A stretch of DNA of 51,404 nt from Gammaproteobacteria bacterium. GTDB lineage: Bacteria > Pseudomonadota > Gammaproteobacteria > Eutrophobiales > Eutrophobiaceae. The stretch lies in assembly GCA_018676275.1 (NCBI GenBank), contig JABHFC010000311.1:1-51404 (forward strand), written 5' to 3'. The number at the start of each line of letters is the position of its first letter. Position 1 is the first letter of the stretch. A program made the translations under genes and the position numbers. Positions 1 to 9,788 of this stretch are shown piece after piece. Below the pieces are notes generated by a model. That model ran no database searches. It saw nothing but the letters and a program-made list of their open reading frames with translations, and was not told the origin of the DNA.

Positions 1-1028
1 AGTTTGTAAGGATGTTCCCAGAATGTCATCTGGTAAACACCACCGCCTACTTCACGCCATGCTCCTGTTAATGATGGCAAACAGCAGATTGCGCGAATAG
101 CCTGACCACCACCCCAGTTTCTTTCTACCGCAACACCGACACGTATCGCAGCGGGGTTGGTTTTTGCAAACTCGCGTGCAAGAGTACGAATATCTTCAGC
201 AGGAATACCGGTAATGCCTTCAGCCCATTCTGGAGTGCGATCTTTCGCGCGTTCCGCCAGTTCTTTATAACCATGCGTGTAGTTATCAATATAATCCTGA
301 TCACCAATTCCTTCTTCAATGATAGTGTTAATCATTGCCATGGCCAGCGCGCCATCGGTACCTGGCTTTACCGGAATATGCCAGTCAGCCTGTTTGGCCG
401 TGCGCGACTTATATGGGTCGATGACAACAACTTTGGCACCTTTTTTTCTGGCTTCTTGAACAAAATGCCAGTGATGTAGGTTGGTACTTACGCTATTACA
501 TCCCCAGATAATTATGTATTTGGAATGCACAAAACTTTCCGGACAGACACCGCCACTGGGTCCATGGGTTAATACCCAGGCAGTTGCTGAACCTTCTCCA
601 CAGAACGTTCTTTCAGTTACTGTTGCACCGAGTTTGGCGAAAAAAGCGTCGCCACCATTCAAGCCATGAACCAGACCCTGATGTCCCAGGTAGCTGTAAG
701 GAACAATGGCCTGAGAACCATGTTCATCAATAATGGCTTTCCACTTGGCAGTGATTTCATTTAGTGCTTCATCCCATGTAATGCGCTCAAATTCTTTGCT
801 GCCTTTGGGACCAGTACGGCGCATTGGGTAGAGGAGACGGTCAGGGTGATAATGTCTTTTTTCGTAGTCCTTTAATTTTACGCAGAGTCCACCGCGGGTC
901 ATTGGATGTTCTTTATTGCCACGAACACCTGTCAATTTGCCATCCTCGACTTCGAATACCATTGAACAAGTATCGGGACAATCGTGTGGGCAACCACCGT
1001 GATGAGTTTCTTTTAATTGTGCTGACAT
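1..1028 (-). CDS. Molybdopterin (Mo-bisPGD) oxidoreductase, DMSO-reductase superfamily. Only the N-terminal ~342 aa are present; the 3' end runs off the window.
   Basis: This gene is absent from the ORF track because it has no stop in the window. My translation of the minus strand from the ATG at 1028-1026 is open down to position 1: MSAQLKETHHGGCPHDCPDTCSMVFEVEDGKLTGVRGNKEHPMTRGGLCVKLKDYEKRHYHPDRLLYPMRR...IIWGCNSVSTNLHHWHFVQEARKKGAKVVVIDPYKSRTAKQADWHIPVKPGTDGALAMAMI. The CxxxCxxxC stretch plus a downstream Cys matches the N-terminal FeS cluster motif of this family. A GAGGAGAGG Shine-Dalgarno lies at 1035-1043 (minus strand). There is no twin-Arg signal. Confidence 0.85.
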   Translation of the reverse strand, partial: MSAQLKETHHGGCPHDCPDTCSMVFEVEDGKLTGVRGNKEHPMTRGGLCVKLKDYEKRHYHPDRLLYPMRRTGPKGSKEFERITWDEALNEITAKWKAIIDEHGSQAIVPYSYLGHQGLVHGLNGGDAFFAKLGATVTERTFCGEGSATAWVLTHGPSGGVCPESFVHSKYIIIWGCNSVSTNLHHWHFVQEARKKGAKVVVIDPYKSRTAKQADWHIPVKPGTDGALAMAMINTIIEEGIGDQDYIDNYTHGYKELAERAKDRTPEWAEGITGIPAEDIRTLAREFAKTNPAAIRVGVAVERNWGGGQAIRAICCLPSLTGAWREVGGGVYQMTFWEHPYK

Positions 1029-1264
1029 ATCTGACCTCTCCTCATTATTAATACAGCCGATTTCATATCGATCTGAAGTTTTTATATAGAGTGTTGCTAG
1101 AAGACTTAGCAAAACTGACGAGTGCCAGTTCCGTCAACAAAGGCACCTTGAGTAGATCAAGCTTACGACGGTTAGGCAAGAATTTCAGTAATAATTTCCC
1201 CCTGACTGTTGAATCAAATTATCTGGCACCGCAACAAAACAGGCCTGACAATGATTTTGGTTTC

Positions 1265-2671
1265 TTATCCCTGTTTTATTGCAGGATAAACCTGGTTTCT
1301 ACCGGCTTCTTTTGCTGAATATAAAGCCTCATCGGCCTGTTTAACAAGAGCGGAACTATCCATATCTCTGTTGGGAGTTACACAGACTACGCCAAGGCTG
1401 ATGGTGATATATTCATTTACATTGGATTTTTCATGCGGAATTTTTAAAGATTCAATCGCAGAACGAATTTTCTCTGCAACAATTAGAGCCACATTAAGCT
1501 CAGTGTCGGGTAATACAATAACAAACTCCTCACCCCCGTAGCGTGCAGCCAGATCACTACCTTTACGTGATCTGCTTTCTATTGTGATTGCAATATTCTT
1601 TAATACTTCATCCCCTTCAGGATGCCCATAAAAGTCATTATAATTTTTGAAGAAATCGACATCACACAACATCACAGAGATCGGACTTTGGTTTCGAATA
1701 GCCCTTGCCCATGCGTTGGAAAGAAAAGCATCGAACCCTCGTCGATTGGCAATACCTGTTAAAGCATCCTGCACAGTTAATCTGGATAAATCATCTGCCA
1801 AACCCTCAGCTTTGATTTTGGCATCGATTAATTCCTTTTCAGTATCGATGTGATTCTCAATATCCAGTTCCAGCTTCTGGTTCATACCTGCAATTAATTC
1901 TTTTTCCTTTTCTAGTTGACGTAACAATTCAACGTTATCAAATTGCAGATTTACGACCTGTTTCAACATTTTATTGATTCGAAACATGCTGACTGAAAGG
2001 AATGCATAATATACGAGTACCAGTACGCCAAAGGTTCGTAGCGTAGATTCTTCCTGAATTACTAATATGATTCCCAATGGCAACAAAGAAGTGGAAGCAT
2101 AGATCAGATATGCCGGGCGACTAATGGCGTAAGTACCAATTGACCCACCTGCCAGACCGGTGATAACCAGCATTGTCAGGGCAGTATAACCCCGGACTTC
2201 AATGGGCAGAGTTAGCAGTGCAAAGATACCCCATAACAGGCCGGATAATGCAGTTCCTATTAGAAAACGAGTGTTCCAGACAGTATAATTATCGCTACGA
2301 TTACCCGCTTTAAAGTATGCTGTTACCAGCATATAGCGGGCGATATTGAGAACGCTAAAGAAAATTATCCATGGTAGTAAAATAGCCGATGCAGCATGAC
2401 CCCACATGGCGAATATAAAAACCAGAGTGGCTGACTGAGCGGCAAGAATGGAGACCTTCGCCTGATCATAGAGGATCTCGACTTCCTTACCTTTTATAAG
2501 TTGTAACTTGTCTCTGGTATTTTTCTGATTTTTAGATTCCAACTTAAGCCTCAAATACTCATAAATTAAAAACAGGAATAATCCAGCCCTGGATGCTGTA
2601 GCCAGGAATAAGCAGTATATACGGTAAAGGCGAGATCGAGAGCATTTGTTTGTGATAAATTGCCGATGCAT
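1265..2671 (-). CDS. Membrane-anchored diguanylate cyclase (GGDEF domain)
   Basis: 468-aa ORF with an ATG start. The N-terminal ~230 aa carry multiple hydrophobic helices, followed by a coiled-coil linker. The C-terminal GGDEF domain reads DALTGIANRRGFD...ARYGGEEFVIVLP. The usual RxxD inhibitory-site position reads KGSD. Confidence 0.85.
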   Translation of the reverse strand: MHRQFITNKCSRSRLYRIYCLFLATASRAGLFLFLIYEYLRLKLESKNQKNTRDKLQLIKGKEVEILYDQAKVSILAAQSATLVFIFAMWGHAASAILLPWIIFFSVLNIARYMLVTAYFKAGNRSDNYTVWNTRFLIGTALSGLLWGIFALLTLPIEVRGYTALTMLVITGLAGGSIGTYAISRPAYLIYASTSLLPLGIILVIQEESTLRTFGVLVLVYYAFLSVSMFRINKMLKQVVNLQFDNVELLRQLEKEKELIAGMNQKLELDIENHIDTEKELIDAKIKAEGLADDLSRLTVQDALTGIANRRGFDAFLSNAWARAIRNQSPISVMLCDVDFFKNYNDFYGHPEGDEVLKNIAITIESRSRKGSDLAARYGGEEFVIVLPDTELNVALIVAEKIRSAIESLKIPHEKSNVNEYITISLGVVCVTPNRDMDSSALVKQADEALYSAKEAGRNQVYPAIKQG

Positions 2672-2773
2672 CTTCCAAGGAGCTCTTCACGTGTTCTATC
2701 AAAACAATGAATTGCTGTACTGGTATGAATCTTCGAGACAGTGTAGTTTTTATATCTAATAGACAGCTAAAGA

Positions 2774-4423
2774 GTGAAATGTATGGCTAAACGTAGTTTA
2801 GAAACTGGAAAACAAGGGATGGTAGCTACCAGTCAGCCGCTGGCATCAAAAATTGCATTGGATGTATTAAAACAGGGTGGTACAGCCGTGGATGCAGCTA
2901 TAGCCGGCAATGCAGCTTTGGGTCTGATGGAACCACATATGTGCGGAGTTGGTGGTGATTTGTTTACCATAGTATGGGATGCGAATACCCAGAAATTGCA
3001 TGGTCTTAACGCCAGCGGGCGATCGCCGCGAGGCTTATGCTACGACATTTTGAAAAAACGATTGCAGGATGAGAAGCACGACAAGATTCCAGTTGAAGGA
3101 CTGCTTCCCGTTTCAGTCCCTGGCGCAGTTGATGGATGGTTTTCTCTACATCAAAGGTTTGGCTGTTTACCATTGTCATCCCTGTTTGAACAGGTGATCA
3201 AATATGCCGAGGAAGGATTCAGGCTAACACCGGTAATTGCAGGAGAGTGGAATCAGTATTCCGATAAACCGTCGCTAAGCTCAATAGGTGATTTTCATCA
3301 GGTTTATAGACCTGATGGCTTAGCGCCGGCCGAAGGTGACTTATTTCGAAATCCACAGTTGGCAGAAACTTATCGTGTCATTCTCGAAGAAGGTAAACGA
3401 GGGTTTTACGAAGGCGAGTTGGCGCAGCGTATAGATAAGTTTATGTCTGAGCACGGTGGTTATTTGAGCAGGGCTGATCTGGTAGCACATAAATCAGAGT
3501 GGGTAGATCCTGTTTCGGTAAAGTATCGTGGCTATGATATTTTTGAATTACCCCCTAACACAACAGGCATGGCAGCTTTGCAAATGTTCAAGTTGATGGA
3601 AGGTTTCGATCTATCTAACAGGATTGAGCCGGATCCGGAATCAATTCACTTGATGGTAGAAGCGAAGAAACTTGCGTTTGAAGATCGGGCACGTTTTTAT
3701 GCGGATCCGGATTTCAATCCTGCGCCAATAGAAAAATTGTTATCTGATGAGTACAACGATATACGCCGGGCAGGTATCTCTGATCGTGCTGCAAACCTGG
3801 TCAGTGCAGGGGATCAGTTTTTACAAAAAGGAGATACAGTCTATTTAACGACCGCTGATGCCAACGGCAATATGGTGTCTTTGATTCAAAGTATATTTCA
3901 TCCATTTGGTTCCGGCGTAGTTGTACCGGGGACTGGTTTTGCCTTGCAAAACAGAGGTCTTCTTTTTTCAATGGACCCATCTCACGCTAATGTCTATGCG
4001 CCGAACAAACGTCCTTTTCAAACTATTATTCCGGCCTTTGTTATGCATCAGGGTAAACCTCATATGAGTTTTGGTGTAATGGGTGGAGATATGCAACCGC
4101 AGGGGCATGCACAGGTGATTAGTAATCTTCTTGATCGCAACATGGATTTGCAGGCAGCGGGCGATGCTTTGCGTTGGCGACACGATGACTCTACCCAACC
4201 TACAGACAATGTTGGTGATAGCTTGAGAGATGGAGGTAAATTAGTATTGGAAAAGGGTTTCCCAGAGTCTTTCATAGAGGAATTGATTAAACGTGGTCAC
4301 AAGGTTTCTGATAATGACGGAGGTTTTGGTTTCGGCGGATATCAGGCAATCATGTGTGATGGCAAAGGTGCATATATTGGCGCATCTGAGAGCCGTAAAG
4401 ATGGCTGCGCCATTGGATATTAA
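2774..4423 (+). CDS. Gamma-glutamyltransferase family protein (Ntn hydrolase), apparently cytoplasmic
   Basis: 549-aa ORF. Family-typical stretches include GMVATSQPLASKIALDVLKQGGTAVDAAIA, GVGGDLF, a nucleophile region GDTVYLTTAD, and GVMGGDMQPQGHAQV. There is no signal peptide. The longest ORF starts at a GTG (2774); the alternative ATG is at 2783. Confidence 0.8.
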   Translation: MKCMAKRSLETGKQGMVATSQPLASKIALDVLKQGGTAVDAAIAGNAALGLMEPHMCGVGGDLFTIVWDANTQKLHGLNASGRSPRGLCYDILKKRLQDEKHDKIPVEGLLPVSVPGAVDGWFSLHQRFGCLPLSSLFEQVIKYAEEGFRLTPVIAGEWNQYSDKPSLSSIGDFHQVYRPDGLAPAEGDLFRNPQLAETYRVILEEGKRGFYEGELAQRIDKFMSEHGGYLSRADLVAHKSEWVDPVSVKYRGYDIFELPPNTTGMAALQMFKLMEGFDLSNRIEPDPESIHLMVEAKKLAFEDRARFYADPDFNPAPIEKLLSDEYNDIRRAGISDRAANLVSAGDQFLQKGDTVYLTTADANGNMVSLIQSIFHPFGSGVVVPGTGFALQNRGLLFSMDPSHANVYAPNKRPFQTIIPAFVMHQGKPHMSFGVMGGDMQPQGHAQVISNLLDRNMDLQAAGDALRWRHDDSTQPTDNVGDSLRDGGKLVLEKGFPESFIEELIKRGHKVSDNDGGFGFGGYQAIMCDGKGAYIGASESRKDGCAIGY

Positions 4424-4436
4424 GTACTAATAACAA

Positions 4437-5720
4437 ATGACTAATAACAATCTTACCCAACGTGACCGTGCTAGTGTCTGGCATCCTTATTCGTCAACAA
4501 TCAATGCGCCTGATGTTTTTCCAGTCGAGTCTGCTTCAGGAGTTTATCTCAAGCTTAGTGATGGTAGCCAGATAATCGACGGTATGGCGTCCTGGTGGTG
4601 TGCAATTCACGGTTATAATCATCCGCTACTTAATGCGGCCATTGAATCGCAGTTGACAGATATGGCGCATGTTATGTTTGGTGGATTAACCCATGCTCCT
4701 GCAATTGACCTGGCCGAAAAACTTGTCGAAATAACACCAGCGAGTCTGCAAAAAGTTTTTTTTAGTGATTCGGGTTCAGTTGCTGTAGAGGTCGCACTAA
4801 AAATGGCGATCCAGTACTGGGCAGCTAAAGGTCAGCCTGGCAAGCAAAAGATGCTGAGTCTGAGACAGGCCTATCACGGTGATACCCTCGGGGCGATGGC
4901 GGTTTGTGATCCGGTGACTGGAATGCACACCTTGTTTAATCAGGTACTGAGTTCAAATTATTTCGCCGATGCGCCGGGGACGAGATTCGCTGGGGAATGG
5001 CGAGAGCAGGATATTTCTTCTCTGCAATTATTACTTGAACAACATCATACAGAAATAGCGGCTCTGATACTTGAGCCTGTTGTGCAGGGTGCTGGTGGTA
5101 TGTGGTTTTACTCTGCGGAATATTTACGACGCGCACGTACACTTTGTGATGAATATGATGTGTTACTAATAGCCGATGAGATTGCGACCGGGTTTGGTCG
5201 AAGTGGAAAATTATTCGCTTGTGAATACGCTGACATTTCTCCTGACATCATGTGTGTAGGGAAAGCATTGACCGGTGGTTATATGACGTTGGCAGCAACG
5301 CTCGCAACAAACGATGTCAGTGAAACGATTTCCGATGAAGGCGAAGGCGTATTTATGCACGGGCCAACTTTTATGGCGAACCCACTGGCTTGTTCTGTTG
5401 CCCTGGCCAGCATAAATCTGCTGCTGGCTTATGACTGGAAGAAAAAAGTAACGTTGATAGAAGCTGAACTGGAAAACGGTTTGGCCAAATGTCGTGAGCT
5501 GAGTAATGTCGTAGATGTACGAGTACTGGGTGCGATTGGTGTAGTCGAACTGGATACACCGGTAGATATGTACACTATTCCTGCCGAGTTTGTAAAAAGA
5601 GGTGTTTGGGTGCGTCCTTTTGGCAAGCTGGTGTATGTGATGCCACCGTACATTATCGAAGCGGCTGAGCTGAACACCTTGTGTGATGCGATGTATACTG
5701 TTGTCAAAGGTCTGACGTAA
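4437..5720 (+). CDS. bioA: Adenosylmethionine-8-amino-7-oxononanoate aminotransferase
   Basis: The 427-aa protein is collinear with E. coli BioA as I recall it: WHPY, DGMASWWCAIHGYNHPLLNAA, VMFGGLTHAPAI, SDSGSVAVEVALKMA, EPVVQGAGGM, LLIADEIATGFGRSGKLFACE, VGKALTGG (PLP Lys), and WVRPFGKLVYVMPPYII. Confidence 0.9.
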   Translation: MTNNNLTQRDRASVWHPYSSTINAPDVFPVESASGVYLKLSDGSQIIDGMASWWCAIHGYNHPLLNAAIESQLTDMAHVMFGGLTHAPAIDLAEKLVEITPASLQKVFFSDSGSVAVEVALKMAIQYWAAKGQPGKQKMLSLRQAYHGDTLGAMAVCDPVTGMHTLFNQVLSSNYFADAPGTRFAGEWREQDISSLQLLLEQHHTEIAALILEPVVQGAGGMWFYSAEYLRRARTLCDEYDVLLIADEIATGFGRSGKLFACEYADISPDIMCVGKALTGGYMTLAATLATNDVSETISDEGEGVFMHGPTFMANPLACSVALASINLLLAYDWKKKVTLIEAELENGLAKCRELSNVVDVRVLGAIGVVELDTPVDMYTIPAEFVKRGVWVRPFGKLVYVMPPYIIEAAELNTLCDAMYTVVKGLT

Positions 5721-5739
5721 AAATTACCGGGAGAAATTC

Positions 5740-6960
5740 ATGACTCAAACATGTGTCATTGTCGGGGCCAGCCATGCCGCGGCACAACTTGCACCAATTT
5801 TGCGACAGGAAGGTTGGGAAGGACGCATCGTCGTTGTCGGAGATGAGCCTTACATTCCCTATCATCGACCGCCTCTGTCAAAGACCTTTCTATCTGGTGA
5901 GAAAACTCTCGAAGATATCTATATTCGTCCTCAAATGGTTTATGACAAAGCGGAAATTGAATTTCTGTTGAATACACGTGTTGAGGCCATAGATCGTGAA
6001 AAGAGGATATTGAGTTTGAACAATGGTGAAACACTTGCATACGATAAACTGGCATTAACCGTTGGTTCAAGGGTTCGAAAAGTTGATCTTCCCGGTATAG
6101 ATCTTGAAGGTATTTATTACCTGCGTGATGCCAATGACGTAGAACAAATCAAATCCAAAGTGAAGGAAGGTAAACATGCCGTTATTGTCGGTGGTGGTTA
6201 CATCGGTCTGGAAACAGCGGCAGCATTGAGAAAGCAGGGCATGGATGTGACAGTGTTGGAAATGATGGAGCGCGTACTACAACGTGTGACAGCACCTGAA
6301 ATTTCTGAATTTTATGATCGTGTGCATAAAGAAGAGGGTGTGAAAATTTGTTGTGGTGTTGGCGTTGCATCATTTGCAGGGAATACTAATGTCGAAAAAG
6401 TCATTTGTAGTAATGGTGATGAATACGCAGCTGATCTGGTTGTGGTTGGGGTTGGTATTGTTCCTAATGTGGAACTAGCTGATGCTGCGGGTCTGGAAGT
6501 GAATAATGGTATCGTTGTTGATCAGTTTGCCCGAACTTCTGATCATGACATCGTTGCCGCCGGTGATTGTACTAATCATCATAATGTTTTATATGACATA
6601 AATATCAGATTGGAGTCCGTGCAAAACGCAACTGACCAGGCAAGGGTTGCCGCACAGACTCTTTGTGGAAAAGAAAAGGCCTACGATGCACTGCCCTGGT
6701 TCTGGTCAGATCAATATGATTTGAAATTGCAAATTGCAGGTTTGTCTCAGGGTTATGATGAGGTCATCGTCCGCGGGGACAGAGACAATAGTCGTAGCTT
6801 TGCCGCATTCTATTTAAGGGGAGGCGTGGTAATAGCCGTTGATGCGGTAAATAAGGCTCCGGAGTTTATGGTGGGCAAACGCTTGATCACGGGCAAAGTA
6901 GCTGTAGACAAGATGCAACTTGCAGATGAGAATATTCCCATTAAAGAATTACTCACTTAA
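5740..6960 (+). CDS. FAD/NAD(P)-dependent oxidoreductase, ferredoxin/rubredoxin-reductase family
   Basis: 406 aa. It has an N-terminal FAD fold (CVIVGASHAAAQ), PYHRPPLSK, an NAD fold (AVIVGGGYIGLETAA), and AAGDC. A GGGAGA ribosome-binding site lies 6 nt upstream of the ATG. Confidence 0.75.
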   Translation: MTQTCVIVGASHAAAQLAPILRQEGWEGRIVVVGDEPYIPYHRPPLSKTFLSGEKTLEDIYIRPQMVYDKAEIEFLLNTRVEAIDREKRILSLNNGETLAYDKLALTVGSRVRKVDLPGIDLEGIYYLRDANDVEQIKSKVKEGKHAVIVGGGYIGLETAAALRKQGMDVTVLEMMERVLQRVTAPEISEFYDRVHKEEGVKICCGVGVASFAGNTNVEKVICSNGDEYAADLVVVGVGIVPNVELADAAGLEVNNGIVVDQFARTSDHDIVAAGDCTNHHNVLYDINIRLESVQNATDQARVAAQTLCGKEKAYDALPWFWSDQYDLKLQIAGLSQGYDEVIVRGDRDNSRSFAAFYLRGGVVIAVDAVNKAPEFMVGKRLITGKVAVDKMQLADENIPIKELLT

Positions 6961-6976
6961 CTTAAGGGCTAATACA

Positions 6977-8449
6977 GTGTTACTACATAAAAGATCATTG
7001 CACTTTCCACTTTTTCTAATTCTTGCGGGCATTTTGATATCGGCATGCAGTGAAGACGAAGCAGCTACTGGTACCAGTGTTGAAAAACCAATGCCTGTTA
7101 TTTCAAATGCACCCGCTGCTGAATCCGATTTATTACCTCATCAACAAATGGCCAAAGATTTTTTGAAAGAATTGATCGAGATTGACACTACCCACAGCGC
7201 GGGAGATGCCACGAAGGCAGCTCAGGCCATGGCTAATCGTCTTATCATAGCGGGTTTTCCTGAAGAAGATGTTCAGGTGCTGGTACCGGTTGAAACAAAA
7301 GGAAACCTGGTAGCTCGTTTCCGGGGCAAGGAAAGTGGATTAAAGCCACTGATATTATTAGCACATATCGATGTCGTGGAGGCTAACCCCGACGACTGGG
7401 AATTACCTCCCTTCACTTTCATCGAAAAAGACGGCTATTACCATGGTCGTGGTACAACAGATGATAAAGATGAAGCTGCGATCCATATTGCTAATTTGAT
7501 TCGCCTGAAACAGGAGGGCTATCAACCTGAACGTGACATCCTGGTATTACTGACAGCAGATGAAGAAGGTGGCCCACATAATGGTGCGAAGTGGCTGGCA
7601 CAGGAACACCGAGATTTAATTGATGCAGAGTACGCACTTAATGAAGGTGGTGGAGGTGCAATTAAAAATGGACGTTATATTTCCAATGCTGTTCAAGCCA
7701 GCGAAAAAATATACCAGACATTCATTCTCGAATTTACAAACTCCGGAGGTCATAGTTCTTTACCGGTGAAAGATAATTCGATTTATCATCTGGCAGATGC
7801 GTTAGCTAAAATCCGAGATTATGACTTTCCAGTAAACCTAAATGACGTCACCCGTTTGTATTTCCAGCGTTCTGCCGAACTTGAAGAAGGTGAATTAAAA
7901 ACTGCCATGCTGGAAGTATTGAAAACTCCACCTGACGCATCCGCTATTGCATATTTAGCGAATACACCATTTTATAACTCTCGTTTGCGTACCACTTGTG
8001 TAGCTACCAGGCTTGATGCAGGTCATCGTGATAATGCATTGCCCCAACGTGCACGCGCAACGGTAAATTGTCGAATTTTACCTACCGAATCTGTTGATGA
8101 AGTAGAGCTTACTTTGCAAACGCTGATCGGAGATGATCAGCTTGGTATCAGCAGGGTGAACGAAGCCGTACTTTCGGATCCATCACCGCTGACGCCAGCA
8201 TTACTTGGCATTTTGGAAAACATCACTGAATCAATGTGGCCTGGTGTACCGGTAATACCTACAATGAGTGCCGGTGCAACAGATGGTATGTATCTACGAA
8301 ATGCAGGCATACCTGTTTACGGTATTTCCGGGCTGTTTCATGATATAGATGATAAACGTGCACATGGTCAGAACGAACGAATAGAGATAAAAGCTTATTT
8401 TGAAGGACAGGAATTTCTGTATCGTCTGACCAAGGCTCTGACACAATAA
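6977..8449 (+). CDS. M20-family metallopeptidase, predicted lipoprotein
   Basis: M20 motifs are present: LLAHIDVVEA, GRGTTDDKDEAA, LTADEEGG. I prefer the in-frame GTG at 6977 (VLLHKRSLHFPLFLILAGILISAC gives a lipobox L-I-S-A-C). The track's TTG at 6920 would overlap the upstream gene by 41 nt. Confidence 0.75.
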   Translation: MLLHKRSLHFPLFLILAGILISACSEDEAATGTSVEKPMPVISNAPAAESDLLPHQQMAKDFLKELIEIDTTHSAGDATKAAQAMANRLIIAGFPEEDVQVLVPVETKGNLVARFRGKESGLKPLILLAHIDVVEANPDDWELPPFTFIEKDGYYHGRGTTDDKDEAAIHIANLIRLKQEGYQPERDILVLLTADEEGGPHNGAKWLAQEHRDLIDAEYALNEGGGGAIKNGRYISNAVQASEKIYQTFILEFTNSGGHSSLPVKDNSIYHLADALAKIRDYDFPVNLNDVTRLYFQRSAELEEGELKTAMLEVLKTPPDASAIAYLANTPFYNSRLRTTCVATRLDAGHRDNALPQRARATVNCRILPTESVDEVELTLQTLIGDDQLGISRVNEAVLSDPSPLTPALLGILENITESMWPGVPVIPTMSAGATDGMYLRNAGIPVYGISGLFHDIDDKRAHGQNERIEIKAYFEGQEFLYRLTKALTQ

Positions 8450-8775
8450 GGGAAATTGAGATTACAGATCAGGCTGCCATTAAAAATTAGGCTCGACCGT
8501 CAGACATATTATTTGTTTGTAGCGCAGATTGATAAATAGCGATTTTGTCGCTGATTTATGAGTTTAGCGGCAAAATTTCTGGTCAAGTTATACTTCTAAA
8601 ACTGGATTACTTCATCATTTAATTACGTATAATGCCGCCTGTCCGGTGAATGCCGGAAGAATGGCATTAATTTCTATTGATGTGCCTTGAATTTTTATCA
8701 TTTAATCATATATATAGAGACAGTTTTATATTAAAGGAACACTGCCAGGAACTGGCAAAAGTAAAGTAATCGTCA

Positions 8776-9786
8776 ATGAAATCGCGCATATATTATTTAG
8801 TTCTCTCCCTTTCCGTATTTGCTAGCAATGTTTTAGTGGCCGAGGAGGCAATTCCGGTTAAGACTGCAGCTCTCTCGGAACTTGCCATCTATCCACAGCG
8901 AACGGCACCGGCAACTGTTGTCAGCCTTAACACGACGAGGGTCGCAGCAGAAATTCCTGCAAAAATTGAAGTTCTTAATGCCAGGGTGGGGGACATCGTT
9001 GAGAAAGATCAGATCCTGGTCGAGTTGAAATGTATCGATTATGAAATCGAACAAGATGGGGCTGAGGCCAGGCTGAAATCTCTGGAAGCGAGAATTGAGC
9101 TGGCCAAACGTCGTTTGGAGCGTACACGCAAACTGACGATGAAGCAGTCTGTATCCGAAGAGCTGCTGGATGAACGAGAATCAGATTTGACTGTGTTGCA
9201 AGCCGATCGTTTAGCAGCGAAAGCCACGTTAAACCTTGCAAAAGTTCGTGTAGCAACCTGTACGATTAAAAGTCCGTTTCGTGCCCTGGTAACCGAACGC
9301 ACCAGTTCTATTGGTAATTATGCCGAGGTCGGCAAAACACTGGTGAAGATCCTGGATCTGGAACAACTGGAAATTTCAGCACAGATTTACGCACAGGATG
9401 TTTATCAACTTGAAACAAGTAATCAGTTAATGTTCCTGCATGATGATAAAAGTTACCCCGTTAATCTTCGTGCGATTTTACCCAGTATTAATTCCGAAAC
9501 GAGAAATAGCGAAGTTCGACTACTGTTTCAGAATGGACCCGCTTTACCCGGGGCGTCTGGCAAACTAATCTGGAATGAATTACGTGCTCATATTCCGGGG
9601 AATCTTATTGTTAAACGCAAGGGTGAGTTGGGCGTGTTTATTTATGCTGCAGGGAAAGCACAGTTTGTCGCCTTGCCGACTGCACAGGCTGGACGAGCGA
9701 GCCCTGTTGACCTGTCGTTGAACTCAATAATAATCACAGAAGGGCATTTTGCATTGAATAACAATGATGCTGTTGTAGTTCATTAA
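8776..9786 (+). CDS. RND efflux periplasmic adaptor (membrane-fusion protein, HlyD family)
   Basis: 336 aa with a signal peptide. It has a lipoyl-like hairpin (VGDIVEKDQILVEL ... TIKSPFRALVTER) around a coiled coil. It ends 2 nt before the RND permease gene. Confidence 0.8.
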   Translation: MKSRIYYLVLSLSVFASNVLVAEEAIPVKTAALSELAIYPQRTAPATVVSLNTTRVAAEIPAKIEVLNARVGDIVEKDQILVELKCIDYEIEQDGAEARLKSLEARIELAKRRLERTRKLTMKQSVSEELLDERESDLTVLQADRLAAKATLNLAKVRVATCTIKSPFRALVTERTSSIGNYAEVGKTLVKILDLEQLEISAQIYAQDVYQLETSNQLMFLHDDKSYPVNLRAILPSINSETRNSEVRLLFQNGPALPGASGKLIWNELRAHIPGNLIVKRKGELGVFIYAAGKAQFVALPTAQAGRASPVDLSLNSIIITEGHFALNNNDAVVVH

Positions 9787-9788
9787 CT

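Noticed and set aside
1224-1238. TGGCAC, resembling the -24 element of a sigma54 promoter.
   Set aside because: The expected TTGC at -12 is absent: the following bases are CGCAACAAA. The motif is also on the plus strand, whereas both flanking genes are transcribed on the minus strand.
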